Shown here one piece after another: positions 1 to 9,545 of a stretch of 64,000 bases of DNA. Position 1 is the stretch's first letter; each line of letters begins with the position of its first letter. Both the position numbers and the translations under genes were made by a program. The stretch is from Deltaproteobacteria bacterium (GTDB lineage Bacteria; Myxococcota; Myxococcia; Myxococcales; 40CM-4-68-19), in NCBI GenBank assembly GCA_025358085.1, contig JANYKT010000159.1:1484-65483 (forward strand), in the 5' to 3' direction. A model generated the notes under the pieces. The model was not told where the DNA came from. It did not search any database and was given only the letters and a program-made list of their open reading frames with translations.

Positions 1-210
1 GAGCCCTCGAAGAACGAAGGTCTTGTCCTCGACGCCGAGAATGACCAGGCCGCCATCCCGAAGGTTGGCCATTGCAGCGACTGCCGGCGCAATTTTTCGA
101 GCGCCCTTTTCGCCGACGCTCTCTTTCAATTCCACGTCGCGTTGTTCCCCTCGGGTCGCAAGGGCCAGCAGCTCGTCGACAGTGCGAGGGACGGAGGCTC
201 GAGTGCTCAT
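1..210 (-). CDS. AlbA_2/Schlafen-like putative DNA-binding (ATP-binding) protein, N-terminal part; truncated by window edge
   Basis: Not in the ORF track; translated by hand from ATG at 210: MSTRASVPRTVDELLALATRGEQRDVELKESVGEKGARKIAPAVAAMANLRDGGLVILGVED. The ExxxVELK...AAMANxxGGxVILGVED pattern is typical of AlbA_2. Confidence 0.7.
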   Translation of the reverse strand, partial: MSTRASVPRTVDELLALATRGEQRDVELKESVGEKGARKIAPAVAAMANLRDGGLVILGVEDKTFVLRGL

Positions 211-330
211 CGTGGAGCTACTGTACTCGGCTAAGCAAGAGGAATGCATCGCGGCGGACATGCAGACCAATCTGATGCGAATAGCCGGAGATACAACTCC
301 ACCCCAGATGGGTTGGCGGTGCCAACGCGT

Positions 331-1160
331 CTACGCTGGGTCCGTGCCTTCGGAAGTCGACGCGCCGGCCGGTTGACTCCGGATCGAGTCGAGTCCGGCC
401 TGGAAGGCGTCGACCACGGCGTCGAGTTGCGCATCCGAATCCACGTCCCCGACGCGCCACCTGTCCGGTCCCTTCTGCTTGATCCTGGAGCGAGTTGTAT
501 CCGTGCCCACGCCCCGCAATCGCTCGATGAATCGGGCGGTCCCTGCGCGCTCCGATTCATCGAGGAGCGGCGCCAAGTTGCGCCCGAGTAGGAACGCGGG
601 GCGGCATTCGAAAGCGATGGTCTCGGGCACCGCGTCGCCGAAGCGTCGGGGGTCGTCGGCTGGAACGTAGTCTTCCAAGATCTGGCCGATGTCTTCGAGA
701 TCCCGCTCTCGATCGTGCGGGCGGTCTAGATACGCCACCATCTTCAGAAGCGCGATGACCCGCAACGGGGCGACGCGCACGGAGAGGTCGGATGCAATCC
801 TCACCGGCGCCGCGTGCGCCATTGCGTGGCGCATTCCGAGCAAGCTCATCTGGTGTCCACTCTGCCAGGTGATACGACCCAGCCGGCGCCAGCCGGGAGT
901 AGATCGACTTGAACCCGACCGGGGCCGTGCCACTCGTGCTCCCGCGTCTCGTGCCTTGACCACCCGGCGAGCTTGTCGAGCCCAGCTGGAAAGGCGTCGA
1001 GGTCGACGGCGAGGACCAGGTCGATGTCGCCGGTCTGGCGCCAGCGCAAGTCGAGATGGCAGGCGAGGGCCGAGGCCCCGATCATGCACCAGTCGGTGCC
1101 CGGCCACAGCGCCGACAGGCTCCGTAGCGCCGCGATCTGATCGTCAGTGAAGGTAATCAC
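331..1160 (-). pseudogene. AbiEii-like nucleotidyltransferase toxin (type IV TA), frameshifted near 878-895
   Basis: The N-half (ORF 846-1160) has IGASAL...RQTGDIDL...VDLLP. The C-half (frame of ORF 331-1107) continues GRITW...MSLLG...LLKMVAYLDRPHDRERDLEDI. The frames switch at an 8-bp direct repeat (ccagccgg at 879-886 and 889-896). Overlaps the antitoxin stop by 4 bp. Confidence 0.75.
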
Positions 1161-2185
1161 GCGAACCCAGGCAGATAGCGTGCGCGAACGATCTCTGCTG
1201 CTTCGCGGGCGCGCTCGCCGCCGGTGATCAGCAGCTCAGCGTAGACGAGCGCTGCCGGCGCCGTCCCCGGCAGCGGCATCTCATCGAACATCAGCGTGCT
1301 CGGCGCCTGCAGCACGGTCAAGATGCCCTGCGGGCTCGGCGCGAGCCGGAGCTCGCGCGCGAGCTCCGGGACTGGCCGTTCAAGATGCACCGCCGCGGTA
1401 TCCCCACGGTAATGGCCTGTTAGCCGCTGTGCAGCGACGCCGCCGGTGAAAGCCCAGCGGACTCCTCGGCGCCTCAGAGCCTCCTCACACTTGGCTTCAA
1501 GAGCCACCAGATTTTTATCCGCGGGCTGGTAGCGCGCGAGCACCATCGATGGGCGAAGCTGATCGGCATAGCCCGCGACCCAGCGATCGAGCAGCTGGCT
1601 TCCTTCCAGCACCCTCCCTTTCTTGGTCTCATGAAGCAGGCCCGCTGCTGCAAGCGCACGCAGTGCGTCCGCCGCGGTACTCTTGGAAACACCTGCCTTC
1701 GCAGCCAGCTCGCGAACGGTGGCGTCGGCAAGGCGCGGTGCGATGAGAAGAGCCAGGAGCACCCGGTAGCCGTTGAGTGTGAGCGCGGTGCTCGCCCCGC
1801 GCAGCGGGGGTGAGCGGCCGACGACGTGGATGAGCCCCCCCGGCGGCAGCTCGAGGTGGCAATTGCCAACCTGATCCATGAAGTTCACGTGGTGAGCGGC
1901 GAGTTGCTCGGCCAGCCGAGGCGTGACGTAAGGCGCCAACAAGATCCAGGTCGACGCCGCGCTCTGCTCGAGGATGGAAAGCACGCGCTCAGCCATTGCG
2001 GCGTTGAGCGTGCCTCGCTTCTCTTCGACAAGGAAGTGGTGACGTCCGCTGGCCGTGTGGATGTCCACCTCCCCGTCCCAGCCCCGATCGCCGGAGGTCT
2101 CGGCGATCTGGCCGCCGGTCACCTTGCGCACTGCGGGGAGCAGGCGAAGGTTTTCGAGGTAGACTGGCCAGTGCCCGGGAGCCAT
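1157..2185 (-). CDS. Type IV toxin-antitoxin AbiEi-family antitoxin (HTH-containing)
   Basis: 342 aa; ILLAPYVT...NFMDQVGNC motif, HTH TVRELAAKAGVSKSTA, LLDRWVAGY, C-terminal LVYAELL; directly upstream of an AbiEii-like gene. Confidence 0.75.
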   Translation of the reverse strand: MAPGHWPVYLENLRLLPAVRKVTGGQIAETSGDRGWDGEVDIHTASGRHHFLVEEKRGTLNAAMAERVLSILEQSAASTWILLAPYVTPRLAEQLAAHHVNFMDQVGNCHLELPPGGLIHVVGRSPPLRGASTALTLNGYRVLLALLIAPRLADATVRELAAKAGVSKSTAADALRALAAAGLLHETKKGRVLEGSQLLDRWVAGYADQLRPSMVLARYQPADKNLVALEAKCEEALRRRGVRWAFTGGVAAQRLTGHYRGDTAAVHLERPVPELARELRLAPSPQGILTVLQAPSTLMFDEMPLPGTAPAALVYAELLITGGERAREAAEIVRARYLPGFA

Positions 2186-2314
2186 CTGTCCTACAATATA
2201 CGCTGTCCGAGTCGATCGGACAAGTTACTCGTAGGAGCCAACGAAGCTGTCCTGCCCACTCGGACACGGCTTATCGCCGGACAAGTTTCGGCAGCGCCGG
2301 TGCTACGTTGGACA

Positions 2315-2640
2315 TCAATACGTTGCTTGGACCCGCTGAAAGTACCAATCGAATACCGCGAGGAAAGCGTCCCAGCGTAGCCCCATCTGCGAGCCTCGAG
2401 ATCGGGAAACTCGGATAGACACCGAGTTTGACGTCCGGGATCTCAACGCCGGGAATCTGATTCAGCCGCTGCTGAAGCTCCCGCCGCAGCTCATCGTTAT
2501 CGAACGCTGGTCGCCTGGCCTCTGCGAGCGCGGCGAGATACCACACTACCGAGACCTGCAGAACGCGATCCGGTTCGACTGCCGGGCGTTGGGCAGGGCA
2601 CTGGGACTCAACCTGCAACGGCCATGACGTTGCGACGGGC
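2315..2640 (-). pseudogene. Degenerate fragment of a hypothetical protein
   Basis: RPAFDNDELRRELQQRLNQIPGVEIPDVKLGVYPSFPI looks protein-like. Removing one G from the GGGG run (cccc at 2381-2384) gives the natural-looking end LRWDAFLAVFDWYFQRVQATY*. No clear start. Confidence 0.35.
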
Positions 2641-3026
2641 GATCCCTGAATCGAGGTGGCCGTGGGCGAACGCTAGCGCGAGGAACTGCGGATGGAGAAA
2701 GTAGCCAGCACGGGCGGCGCATCATCGTCTTGCCGTGGAGCACGCTCTGCGGCAGCGTACACGAACAGGCACAACCGGCTCGCCGGCTCCAATCCGCCGA
2801 GCGAACCACCCAGTGACGAGCACGCGCGAAGCTCCCGGTGGCGAACTCGACCAGCACGTCGGACATCTGCGGGAGCGCAGGCACCGCCGCCTGAGCTGCC
2901 AGAGCGCAGCTCGCACTTTCTCTCGATCGCAGGACCCGCGTTCCACCACAACCGATGCAAGTCGAGGCGGAGCGCGTCAGCGCGGAAGACCAAGGCCGGA
3001 TCTTCCGCGCGTGACTTTCGCTCAGG

Positions 3027-4910
3027 TCAGGGCGCGCGAACGTCCGGCGCAACGCTGAGCACGAGCCGCGAAGGATGGTCCTCGTCATGCAGGACGGTCT
3101 GCCTCGCCACCGCCGTCTCCGACGTGAAGTTTGAGTTCTCGCCGGTATTCAGGTTGCGCGCGTAATGCGGAAAGTTGGACGACGAGATCTCCAGGCGGAT
3201 GAGATGGCCCTTCCTGAAAATCGTCCCCGCGTTCCCGAGCGCGATGGTGTACTCGTACGACTTGCCCGACTCGATCTTATCCGGGGGGAGCTTCGAGCCG
3301 TTTCGAAGGCTCGCCCGCACGACGCGATCGAGCACGTTGTGCGAGACGCCATCGAGGTGCACGTCGACGAGCTTGGCGGTGAAGTCGGTGTCCGGTGCTG
3401 ACGAGCGCGCCCACAGCTTCACCTGGACCGGTCCGATCGCGGCCACGTCCGCACCAAGCGGCCCCGTCGAATAGACGAGGACGTCCTTGCGCTGCTCCAC
3501 CGCGGTCTGATCTTGGGCGCCGTTGGGGACCAGCACGCCGTTGCAGCACATGTTCCCCCCGGTCGTCGGGACCGGGTCCGCCGGATCGAAGTCGAAATAG
3601 TCCGGGCGGCCATGCTCTGCCGGCGCGCCGACCAGCCGACCGTCGCCTTTGCTGCTGTTCGCGTGGCCGCCGCTCGCGAGGTACAGATCGAGGGTCTCAC
3701 TGCCGGGCAGCGGATACGAGGCGCCCGTGAGATAAAAGCCGCTCCCGGTGTTCCCGGTATCGGGCGGAACGAGCACGTACATCTTCACGTTGGGCGTGTT
3801 CTCCCAGCCATTGTCGATCCCTTTCAGGTAGCGGTCGTAGAAGGCGACCAGGGTATCGGTGGGGAGGAGCGCCGCGTCGCTGCCGAAGGTGGGCTTGCCG
3901 CTGTCGCCCGCATGGCCATAGGCGCCCACGTACAATTTCGTCCCGGCCCGCGCGGAGGCGGTGCCTCCCGAGGCGCGCATTCCGTGGTAGTTGCGGAACG
4001 AGCCCACCTGGAAGATGTCGAACCAGTCGGAGACGACGAGCGCGGGCACTTTCACGTCCGGATAACGCCTCTCCACGTCGAGCGCGGCCCAGTATTGGTC
4101 ATAGAAGGCATGATCGACCCAATCATAGAAATAGGGGGCCATGGTCGTGAGCGGAGTGAAATTGGTGAGCGGCAACTGCCAGGCCCAGGTGGTGGTCAGG
4201 TTTGCGTTCGCATTGGCGTTGAACTGCGCCTCGATCGAGTCGGCCTGGCCCGGGGGCCAGTTGTTCGCGCGGCCGAAACGCTGCACCTGGTCGCCGGCGA
4301 AGGCGAGGGTCGGCCAGCTCATGCCGAACCAGAGATCGAAGACGCCGTTCACGTATTGCCAGTTGTCGTGGTAGTCGCTCGCCGTGATCTGCGGATTGAT
4401 GGCGGCGAGATGCGGCGGCGCATGGATCGCGGGCTGCCATTGGGTCAGGCCCAGATAGGACCCGCTCGTCATGCCGACCTTGCCGGTGCTCCAGGTCTGC
4501 GTGCCGGCCCACTCGATGGCGTCGTAGCCGTCCTGGGCCTCCTGCACCATCTCGCGGAAGGGGCCATGCGCGGTGCTGGTGCCGCGGCATTCCTGGGCCA
4601 GTGCGTGGTAGCCGTGCTGGACGAGCGGCGCCAGGCTTCCCCCGAGGCCCTTGAAGCAGCCGGTGCCGATCAGGTGGCCATAAGGATTGCGCAGCATGAT
4701 CACGGGCAATCTGCCGCCCGACGTCGGGCTGTACTTGTCAGTGGTGAGCAGCGTGCCGTCGCGCATCGGCACCTGGATGGTTTCGCAGACCACTCCCGGG
4801 AAGTTGGGATTGGTCTCGGCGCGTGCGGCGGCGAGGACAGCACCGAGCACCAAACTGAGAGCCAACATTGCCAGCTGTGCCCGTGCCACGCGGATCCGAT
4901 TGAGTCTCAT
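3027..4910 (-). CDS. Secreted CocE/NonD family hydrolase (peptidase S15-like)
   Basis: Signal peptide; VPMRDGTLL; GSYLG nucleophile motif; FDLWF; GAYGH; DTDFTAKLVDV; SSSNFPHYARN. Start at 4910 has a GGGGGA RBS. Confidence 0.9.
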   Translation of the reverse strand: MRLNRIRVARAQLAMLALSLVLGAVLAAARAETNPNFPGVVCETIQVPMRDGTLLTTDKYSPTSGGRLPVIMLRNPYGHLIGTGCFKGLGGSLAPLVQHGYHALAQECRGTSTAHGPFREMVQEAQDGYDAIEWAGTQTWSTGKVGMTSGSYLGLTQWQPAIHAPPHLAAINPQITASDYHDNWQYVNGVFDLWFGMSWPTLAFAGDQVQRFGRANNWPPGQADSIEAQFNANANANLTTTWAWQLPLTNFTPLTTMAPYFYDWVDHAFYDQYWAALDVERRYPDVKVPALVVSDWFDIFQVGSFRNYHGMRASGGTASARAGTKLYVGAYGHAGDSGKPTFGSDAALLPTDTLVAFYDRYLKGIDNGWENTPNVKMYVLVPPDTGNTGSGFYLTGASYPLPGSETLDLYLASGGHANSSKGDGRLVGAPAEHGRPDYFDFDPADPVPTTGGNMCCNGVLVPNGAQDQTAVEQRKDVLVYSTGPLGADVAAIGPVQVKLWARSSAPDTDFTAKLVDVHLDGVSHNVLDRVVRASLRNGSKLPPDKIESGKSYEYTIALGNAGTIFRKGHLIRLEISSSNFPHYARNLNTGENSNFTSETAVARQTVLHDEDHPSRLVLSVAPDVRAP

Positions 4911-5179
4911 TTGTTGATCCCCCTGCAGGTCGTCTTGCTGTTGCGGATTCACTCGAGCAAAAGACTCGCACCCGCGCCTCGATCCTGTGATGCATAGTTG
5001 CGGCTCACCAAAGTGAGCCCGTCGCGCGTTTTAACCGCCGAACGATTCTTGAAGTCAAGCCACGGTGCGTTGCGTGGGCTCCCGGCGCAACGATATACGC
5101 TCAGTCCGTATGCGACCGAGCACAGGCCGCACGCGGCCTTAGCTCCAGCAGTAAGGTACGGGGGTAACACTGCTGCGCA

Positions 5180-6535
5180 TCAAGAGATCCTGGAGCCCGG
5201 CGCGTGCAACTGCAACAGGTCGGAAATGGCTAGTGGTTCTGAGAGAGCGGCAACGGCGCGCAGGGGAGCGCAACTGCCACAACGTAGAGCGCGATTGACG
5301 TCGACGCGCGCCAGACGAGCGGCGTGATGAGCGGCGGCGAGCTTCGAAGGGATCTCGGCGCCAGTCGCGAAGTACACCTCGTCGGGAGTCTGGCCGTGAA
5401 ACGCGGAGTGAGGCATCACGGTGTTGTGCTGCTCGACGTAGAACGCGACGAGACGCTCGAGGGCGGCGAAACTATCGAGCGTGTTGAGGAACAACCAGTT
5501 GTGCTTGAGGGATCGCCACCAAGCCTCGATCATCGAGTTCGAGAAGGTGACTTCGACTTGTGCGAGGACGCGGCGGAGATCACCGAGTCCCAGAAGCGTG
5601 TCGACCTCGCCGTTGACGTTCTCGACGCCGGAGTCGGCGACCACGGTCGCGGTCTCTGGGTCAAGGCCCGCGGCAGCTGCGGAGAGAACCGCGCACGTCG
5701 TCCGAGGCTCGAGCCGCAATGCGAGCTTCCACGCCAGAATGCGCCGGCTGAAGTTGTCGATCACCGCGTGCAGGTAGACGCGCGTTCCGTCGAGCAGCCG
5801 GATGATGGTCACGTCGATGTGCCAGTACTCGTTGGGCCTGGTCGCGCGGAGGCCTAACTTTGGCGTCGCAGGATGAACGCGAGTTCGCGGCCGGAGCCAG
5901 CCGCGCGCGCGAATGAACCTTCCCCAGGTCGCGGGCGCGGCGAACACCTGACCGAGCCGCTGCGCGTGGAGAGCGAGGCCGCGGATGGTCAGGTGGCGAT
6001 GGTCGCGGCTCAGTGTGAGCTCGCGCATGGTGCGCATCTCATTGGGCGTCAGCTCGGTCGGCGTCTCGCGCGGACAGGAGCTGCGGTCGTCGAGCTGGCA
6101 GAGGCGCGCCGGGCGGTTCCAGGCGTAGTAGCGCGACGTCGAAATTCCGAGCACACGCAGCGCGACGGTGAGCGAGATGCTGGCACGCGCTCGGGTGATT
6201 GCCGCGAGCACCCTGCTTTTCGCGGCGCCGTCGGGCAGGCGCGTGTCGTCGAGAGCTACGCCAGCGAGGCGAACGAGCAGTACGTATCGCCGGACGATGG
6301 CGAGGAGGATCTCGTTGCGACGACGGAGCCGCGGGACTTCGGCTTGGAGCGCAGCCTCGCCTTTGGTGACAACGTCAAGCGTGACGACCGCGCGCGGCCC
6401 GCGGCGTCGCCAGCTGGCGGCCGTCGCGCGTGGCACCACGTCGGGCGCAAGCAGGCGCGAGGCCCCCTCCTCGTAAACCATGTTCCGCAGGCGGTGGTCG
6501 TAGGCGCGGCGGCTGGCCGGCACGGCGTCGATCAT
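5180..6535 (-). CDS. DDE transposase with integrase core (rve) domain
   Basis: PNEYWHIDVT, AVIDNFSRRILAW, VADSGVEN, NSMIEAWWRSLK, HNxxxPHSAFHGQTPDEVY. Confidence 0.9.
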   Translation of the reverse strand: MIDAVPASRRAYDHRLRNMVYEEGASRLLAPDVVPRATAASWRRRGPRAVVTLDVVTKGEAALQAEVPRLRRRNEILLAIVRRYVLLVRLAGVALDDTRLPDGAAKSRVLAAITRARASISLTVALRVLGISTSRYYAWNRPARLCQLDDRSSCPRETPTELTPNEMRTMRELTLSRDHRHLTIRGLALHAQRLGQVFAAPATWGRFIRARGWLRPRTRVHPATPKLGLRATRPNEYWHIDVTIIRLLDGTRVYLHAVIDNFSRRILAWKLALRLEPRTTCAVLSAAAAGLDPETATVVADSGVENVNGEVDTLLGLGDLRRVLAQVEVTFSNSMIEAWWRSLKHNWLFLNTLDSFAALERLVAFYVEQHNTVMPHSAFHGQTPDEVYFATGAEIPSKLAAAHHAARLARVDVNRALRCGSCAPLRAVAALSEPLAISDLLQLHAPGSRIS

Positions 6536-6609
6536 CCTTGGATCCTACCTGCGCGCAACTTCGGCTGGTCTCGAAAAGGCCGAGTCAACTTCGGCCTGTT
6601 GCAGTTGCA
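5205..6609. mobile_element. Insertion sequence (~1405 bp, single-ORF DDE; IS3/IS481-like)
   Basis: Perfect 15-bp terminal inverted repeats TGCAACTGCAACAGG (5205-5219) and CCTGTTGCAGTTGCA (6595-6609), extending imperfectly to ~27 bp; TG...CA ends. No target-site duplication seen. Confidence 0.85.
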
Positions 6610-6759
6610 ACCCCTTTCCTCCACGATGTCTTCAGGCGCAGCATGGCAGCGCTCCAGAGGACGGCCTTCCCACGCCGTTCTGATCCGGTTCTCTGCAACC
6701 GCTTGAGTACGGCGCGAGGGGGGGGTCCTTGGTGCACTCAGGGACCTGAGTCAGGTACT

Positions 6760-6790
6760 TCGTTCGGGCACTTTCAGAAACCCGAACGAG
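6760..6790 (-). terminator. Hairpin just downstream of tmRNA (possible terminator or processing stem)
   Basis: TCGTTCGGG (6761-6769) and CCCGAACGA (6781-6789) form a 9-bp stem; no U-tail. Confidence 0.35.
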
Positions 6791-6804
6791 GCCGAGACCT
6801 TAAT

Positions 6805-7170
6805 TGGTGGAGGCGGCGGGAATCGAACCCGCGTCCGAAAGAACTCTCCCTGGTAGCACTACATGCTTGTTCCGTGCTTTGTCGTCATCCGGCGGGGCGA
6901 ACACGGACACTCTCCCCGCTGGACCATCCCCGATAGAATCTCGCCAAGCGCCGTCAGGGTTCCACGCTCAGCCAGCCCACTTTTTTGTCAAAGCTTGCCG
7001 GCGCCATGGGCTGGGCTCCGGGGCTTCGTCGCTGGGCGGCTTTTTAGGCGGCCAGAGCGAGCTCAACGTTGTCGTTGGCTTTTATTGCGTTACCCGTTTT
7101 TTAAAGAGGTCCAGGTTTCCCCTGCATGCGCTCCAGGCTTCGTATCCCTCGTCGAAACCGGTTCGCCCCC
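6805..7170 (-). ncRNA. ssrA: tmRNA (one-piece, ~366 nt); tag peptide ANDNVELALAA at 7044-7079
   Basis: 5' GGGGGCGAACCGGUUUCGAC; 3' GGGUUCGAUUCCCGCCGCCUCCACCA. Acceptor stem GGGGGCG/CGCCUCC with G3-U wobble; internal ORF ending ALAA*; smpB 1 kb away. Confidence 0.97.
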
Positions 7171-7299
7171 ATGACGAATCCGTCGAGCGCAAGATAACCG
7201 CGGGCGCGCGGACGTCAAGGACCGTGGCTCCTTTTCTGACTGATTGGCTTGTGAGCAAGCCCCTTGCAATCGGTCCGCTTGTCCGCGACCCTGTCCCCA

Positions 7300-7872
7300 A
7301 TGAGCGATCAGCGCGACTACATCGGTCAAGTCGTACGTGTCACCCTCGACTTCATCGACGAGCGCGGCTACGGGCCCGAGGTGCGCGCCAAGGTCTCGCC
7401 CGAAACGGCGCGCATCCTGGCCAAGCCGCCGTGGCCGTTTGCCTGGGTTCCGGCCGGCGTCATGGACGAACTCGAGACCATCGTAGCCTCGGTGGGAGGG
7501 AAGCAGGCCTGCGTCGATCTCGGTCTCACTGCAGGTCGCAAGGTCGGAGGCACGATGATGGAACCGGTGATCCGCATGGCTATGAGTTTCTTCGGCAGCA
7601 CGCCAGCGATCCTCTTTTCCCATCTGGACCGCTTCTATTCAATCGCCACCCGCGGCTGGCACTTTGAGTATGAGCCGCTCACGGACAATAGCGGCATCAT
7701 CGATGCTCGCACTGAAAGCGCGGGTGTACCTGAAGCCATCCTCGACGTGATGCGCGGGAATTTTCTCTACGTTTTTGAAATATGCGGCACCGACGGTGAA
7801 ATCGACCCGCCCTTGGTCGTCCGCCATGATCCGGCCGGAGCCTACCTGCGCTTTACCGCTCGCTGGCACTGA
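7300..7872 (+). CDS. Hypothetical protein, possibly DUF2378/TIGR02265-like myxobacterial family
   Basis: 190 aa with plausible composition (WVPAGVMDEL, LFSHLDRFY); family assignment by resemblance only. Confidence 0.55.
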   Translation: MSDQRDYIGQVVRVTLDFIDERGYGPEVRAKVSPETARILAKPPWPFAWVPAGVMDELETIVASVGGKQACVDLGLTAGRKVGGTMMEPVIRMAMSFFGSTPAILFSHLDRFYSIATRGWHFEYEPLTDNSGIIDARTESAGVPEAILDVMRGNFLYVFEICGTDGEIDPPLVVRHDPAGAYLRFTARWH

Positions 7873-7952
7873 ACTGATTGGGGCCACCTCACGCAACTCG
7901 GTCCGACTGGAGAGTTGGCACGGTGAGCTGCGTTTGGTGTCCCTGTCCAACC

Positions 7953-8144
7953 TCAGCGCGTCTGCGCGTGCGACGACTCGTCGTGAATCAGGCCCTCGAC
8001 TTTCTTCGCCAGCTCGGGAGTCACCTGCATCTTGTGCTCGTTCGTAGCGTGCGTCGCCACCTGGGACATGATCTCCTTGTTGTCGTTGCCTTTGGCAACG
8101 AAGTCGCAATCGAGCCCTGCGTCGCGGCAGTGGAAGTCCTTCAT
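7953..8144 (-). CDS. DUF1059 small metal-binding protein
   Basis: MKDFHCRDAGLDCDF...HATNEH; AGGAG RBS. Confidence 0.8.
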   Translation of the reverse strand: MKDFHCRDAGLDCDFVAKGNDNKEIMSQVATHATNEHKMQVTPELAKKVEGLIHDESSHAQTR

Positions 8145-8218
8145 TGAGCGTCTCCTTGCAGTTGGCGCTACCAGCAGCGCTGAAAGAATGTGCATGGCGA
8201 ACGGCTCGAACGCAAGGC

Positions 8219-8689
8219 TCAGCGCTTGAGCGCCCGGTCCATCTCGCGCCTGGCGTCCCGCTCGGCGATCGAGTTCCGCTTGTCGACGCCCGCCTTTCCC
8301 TTGCAGACGCCGAGCTCCACCTTGCAGCGGCCATCCTTGAAATAGAGGCTCAAGGGAATGAGTGCGTAACCGGACTTCTGCTGCTGCTCAAAGAGCTTGT
8401 CGATCTCACGCCGGTGCAGCAGCAGCTTGCGCTGCCGTTTCGGCAGATGGTTCTGCAGCGGCCCGGCCGGCTTGTACTGGGTGATCTGGAGATTCATCAA
8501 ATAGAGTTCGCCGTGCTGCTCGACCGCGTAGGCGTCGGACATCTGCGCAGAGCCTTCACGCAGCGACTTCACCTCGGTGCCGGTGAGCTGGATGCCGCAC
8601 TCGACCCGGCTCTCGACATGGTAGTCGTAGCGCGCACGCCGGTTGTTGGTAATGACTTTGATATGCTCTTTTTTTGGAGCGTCCGACAT
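8219..8689 (-). CDS. smpB: SsrA-binding protein
   Basis: NRRARYDY, GIQLTGTEVKSLR, RKLLLHRREI, IPLSLYFK, KGK...DKR. Confidence 0.97.
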   Translation of the reverse strand: MSDAPKKEHIKVITNNRRARYDYHVESRVECGIQLTGTEVKSLREGSAQMSDAYAVEQHGELYLMNLQITQYKPAGPLQNHLPKRQRKLLLHRREIDKLFEQQQKSGYALIPLSLYFKDGRCKVELGVCKGKAGVDKRNSIAERDARREMDRALKR

Positions 8690-8690
8690 A

Positions 8691-9545
8691 TCAGCCTGCT
8701 TCTCCCAGCGCGCCGTTGTCGATGAGCCGGGTCTTGCCGACGAACGCTGCCAGGAAGAGCCGTGAGGTCGGGTCGGCGCGCTGCTCGAGGGGAAGCAACT
8801 CGACAGGATCGCGCAGATCGCAATAGTCAATGCGCAGACCGTCCAGCGCGGCGCGCGCGGCTCCGACGATCTGCTGGCCGCTCCGCTCGCCCGCTGCAAA
8901 CGCCGCGCGCGCTGCACCGAGCGCATTCCAGAGTGCCACTGCTTTCGACCTTTCCTCAGCCGACAGATAGGAGTTGCGCGATGACAAGGCGAGTCCATCG
9001 GGCTCTCGCACGATGGGCCGGCCAATCACTTCGGTGCCCAAATCGAGGTCGGCGGCCATGCGCCGGATCACGGCCAGCTGCTGGTAATCCTTTTCGCCAA
9101 ACAACGCACAATCCGCGCGGCTCAACGCGAAGAGCTTGGCGACCACCGTACAGACGCCGCGGAAATGGCCGGGCCGCCTCTCGCCGTCGAGCGGTCCGGC
9201 CAGAGCGCCAGGCTCGATATAGGTTTGATATCCAGCCGGATACATCTCGCCGGGTCCCTCGGGCGCGAAGACGAGCGACGCGCCGGCCTCGGCGCACTTG
9301 CGTAAATCACCGTCCAGATCGCTCGGATAGCGGGAGAGATCTTCAGCAGGCCCGAACTGCATGGGATTGACGAAGACGGTTGCGGCCACCGTCTTCGCCC
9401 GCTTCGCACCTTCGCGAATCAGCGATTGATGGCCAGCGTGCAGAAAGCCCATGGTGGGGACGAGCGCAAGCGTCCCGGCCTGCCGCGCCTCCTGGCAGGC
9501 GCGGCGAAAATCGCGGGCGGTGCGGACCAGGCTCGCTTGGATCAT
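8691..9545 (-). CDS. panC: Pantoate--beta-alanine ligase
   Basis: VPTMGFLHAGH, FVNPMQF, RPGHFRGV, FGEKDYQQL, REPDGLALSSRN, RLIDN. Confidence 0.96.
   Translation of the reverse strand: MIQASLVRTARDFRRACQEARQAGTLALVPTMGFLHAGHQSLIREGAKRAKTVAATVFVNPMQFGPAEDLSRYPSDLDGDLRKCAEAGASLVFAPEGPGEMYPAGYQTYIEPGALAGPLDGERRPGHFRGVCTVVAKLFALSRADCALFGEKDYQQLAVIRRMAADLDLGTEVIGRPIVREPDGLALSSRNSYLSAEERSKAVALWNALGAARAAFAAGERSGQQIVGAARAALDGLRIDYCDLRDPVELLPLEQRADPTSRLFLAAFVGKTRLIDNGALGEAG

Noticed and set aside
1-6804. Duplicated ssrA 3' end (att site) or island integrase
   Set aside because: Searched by eye and not found in the window; the island boundary cannot be fixed here.
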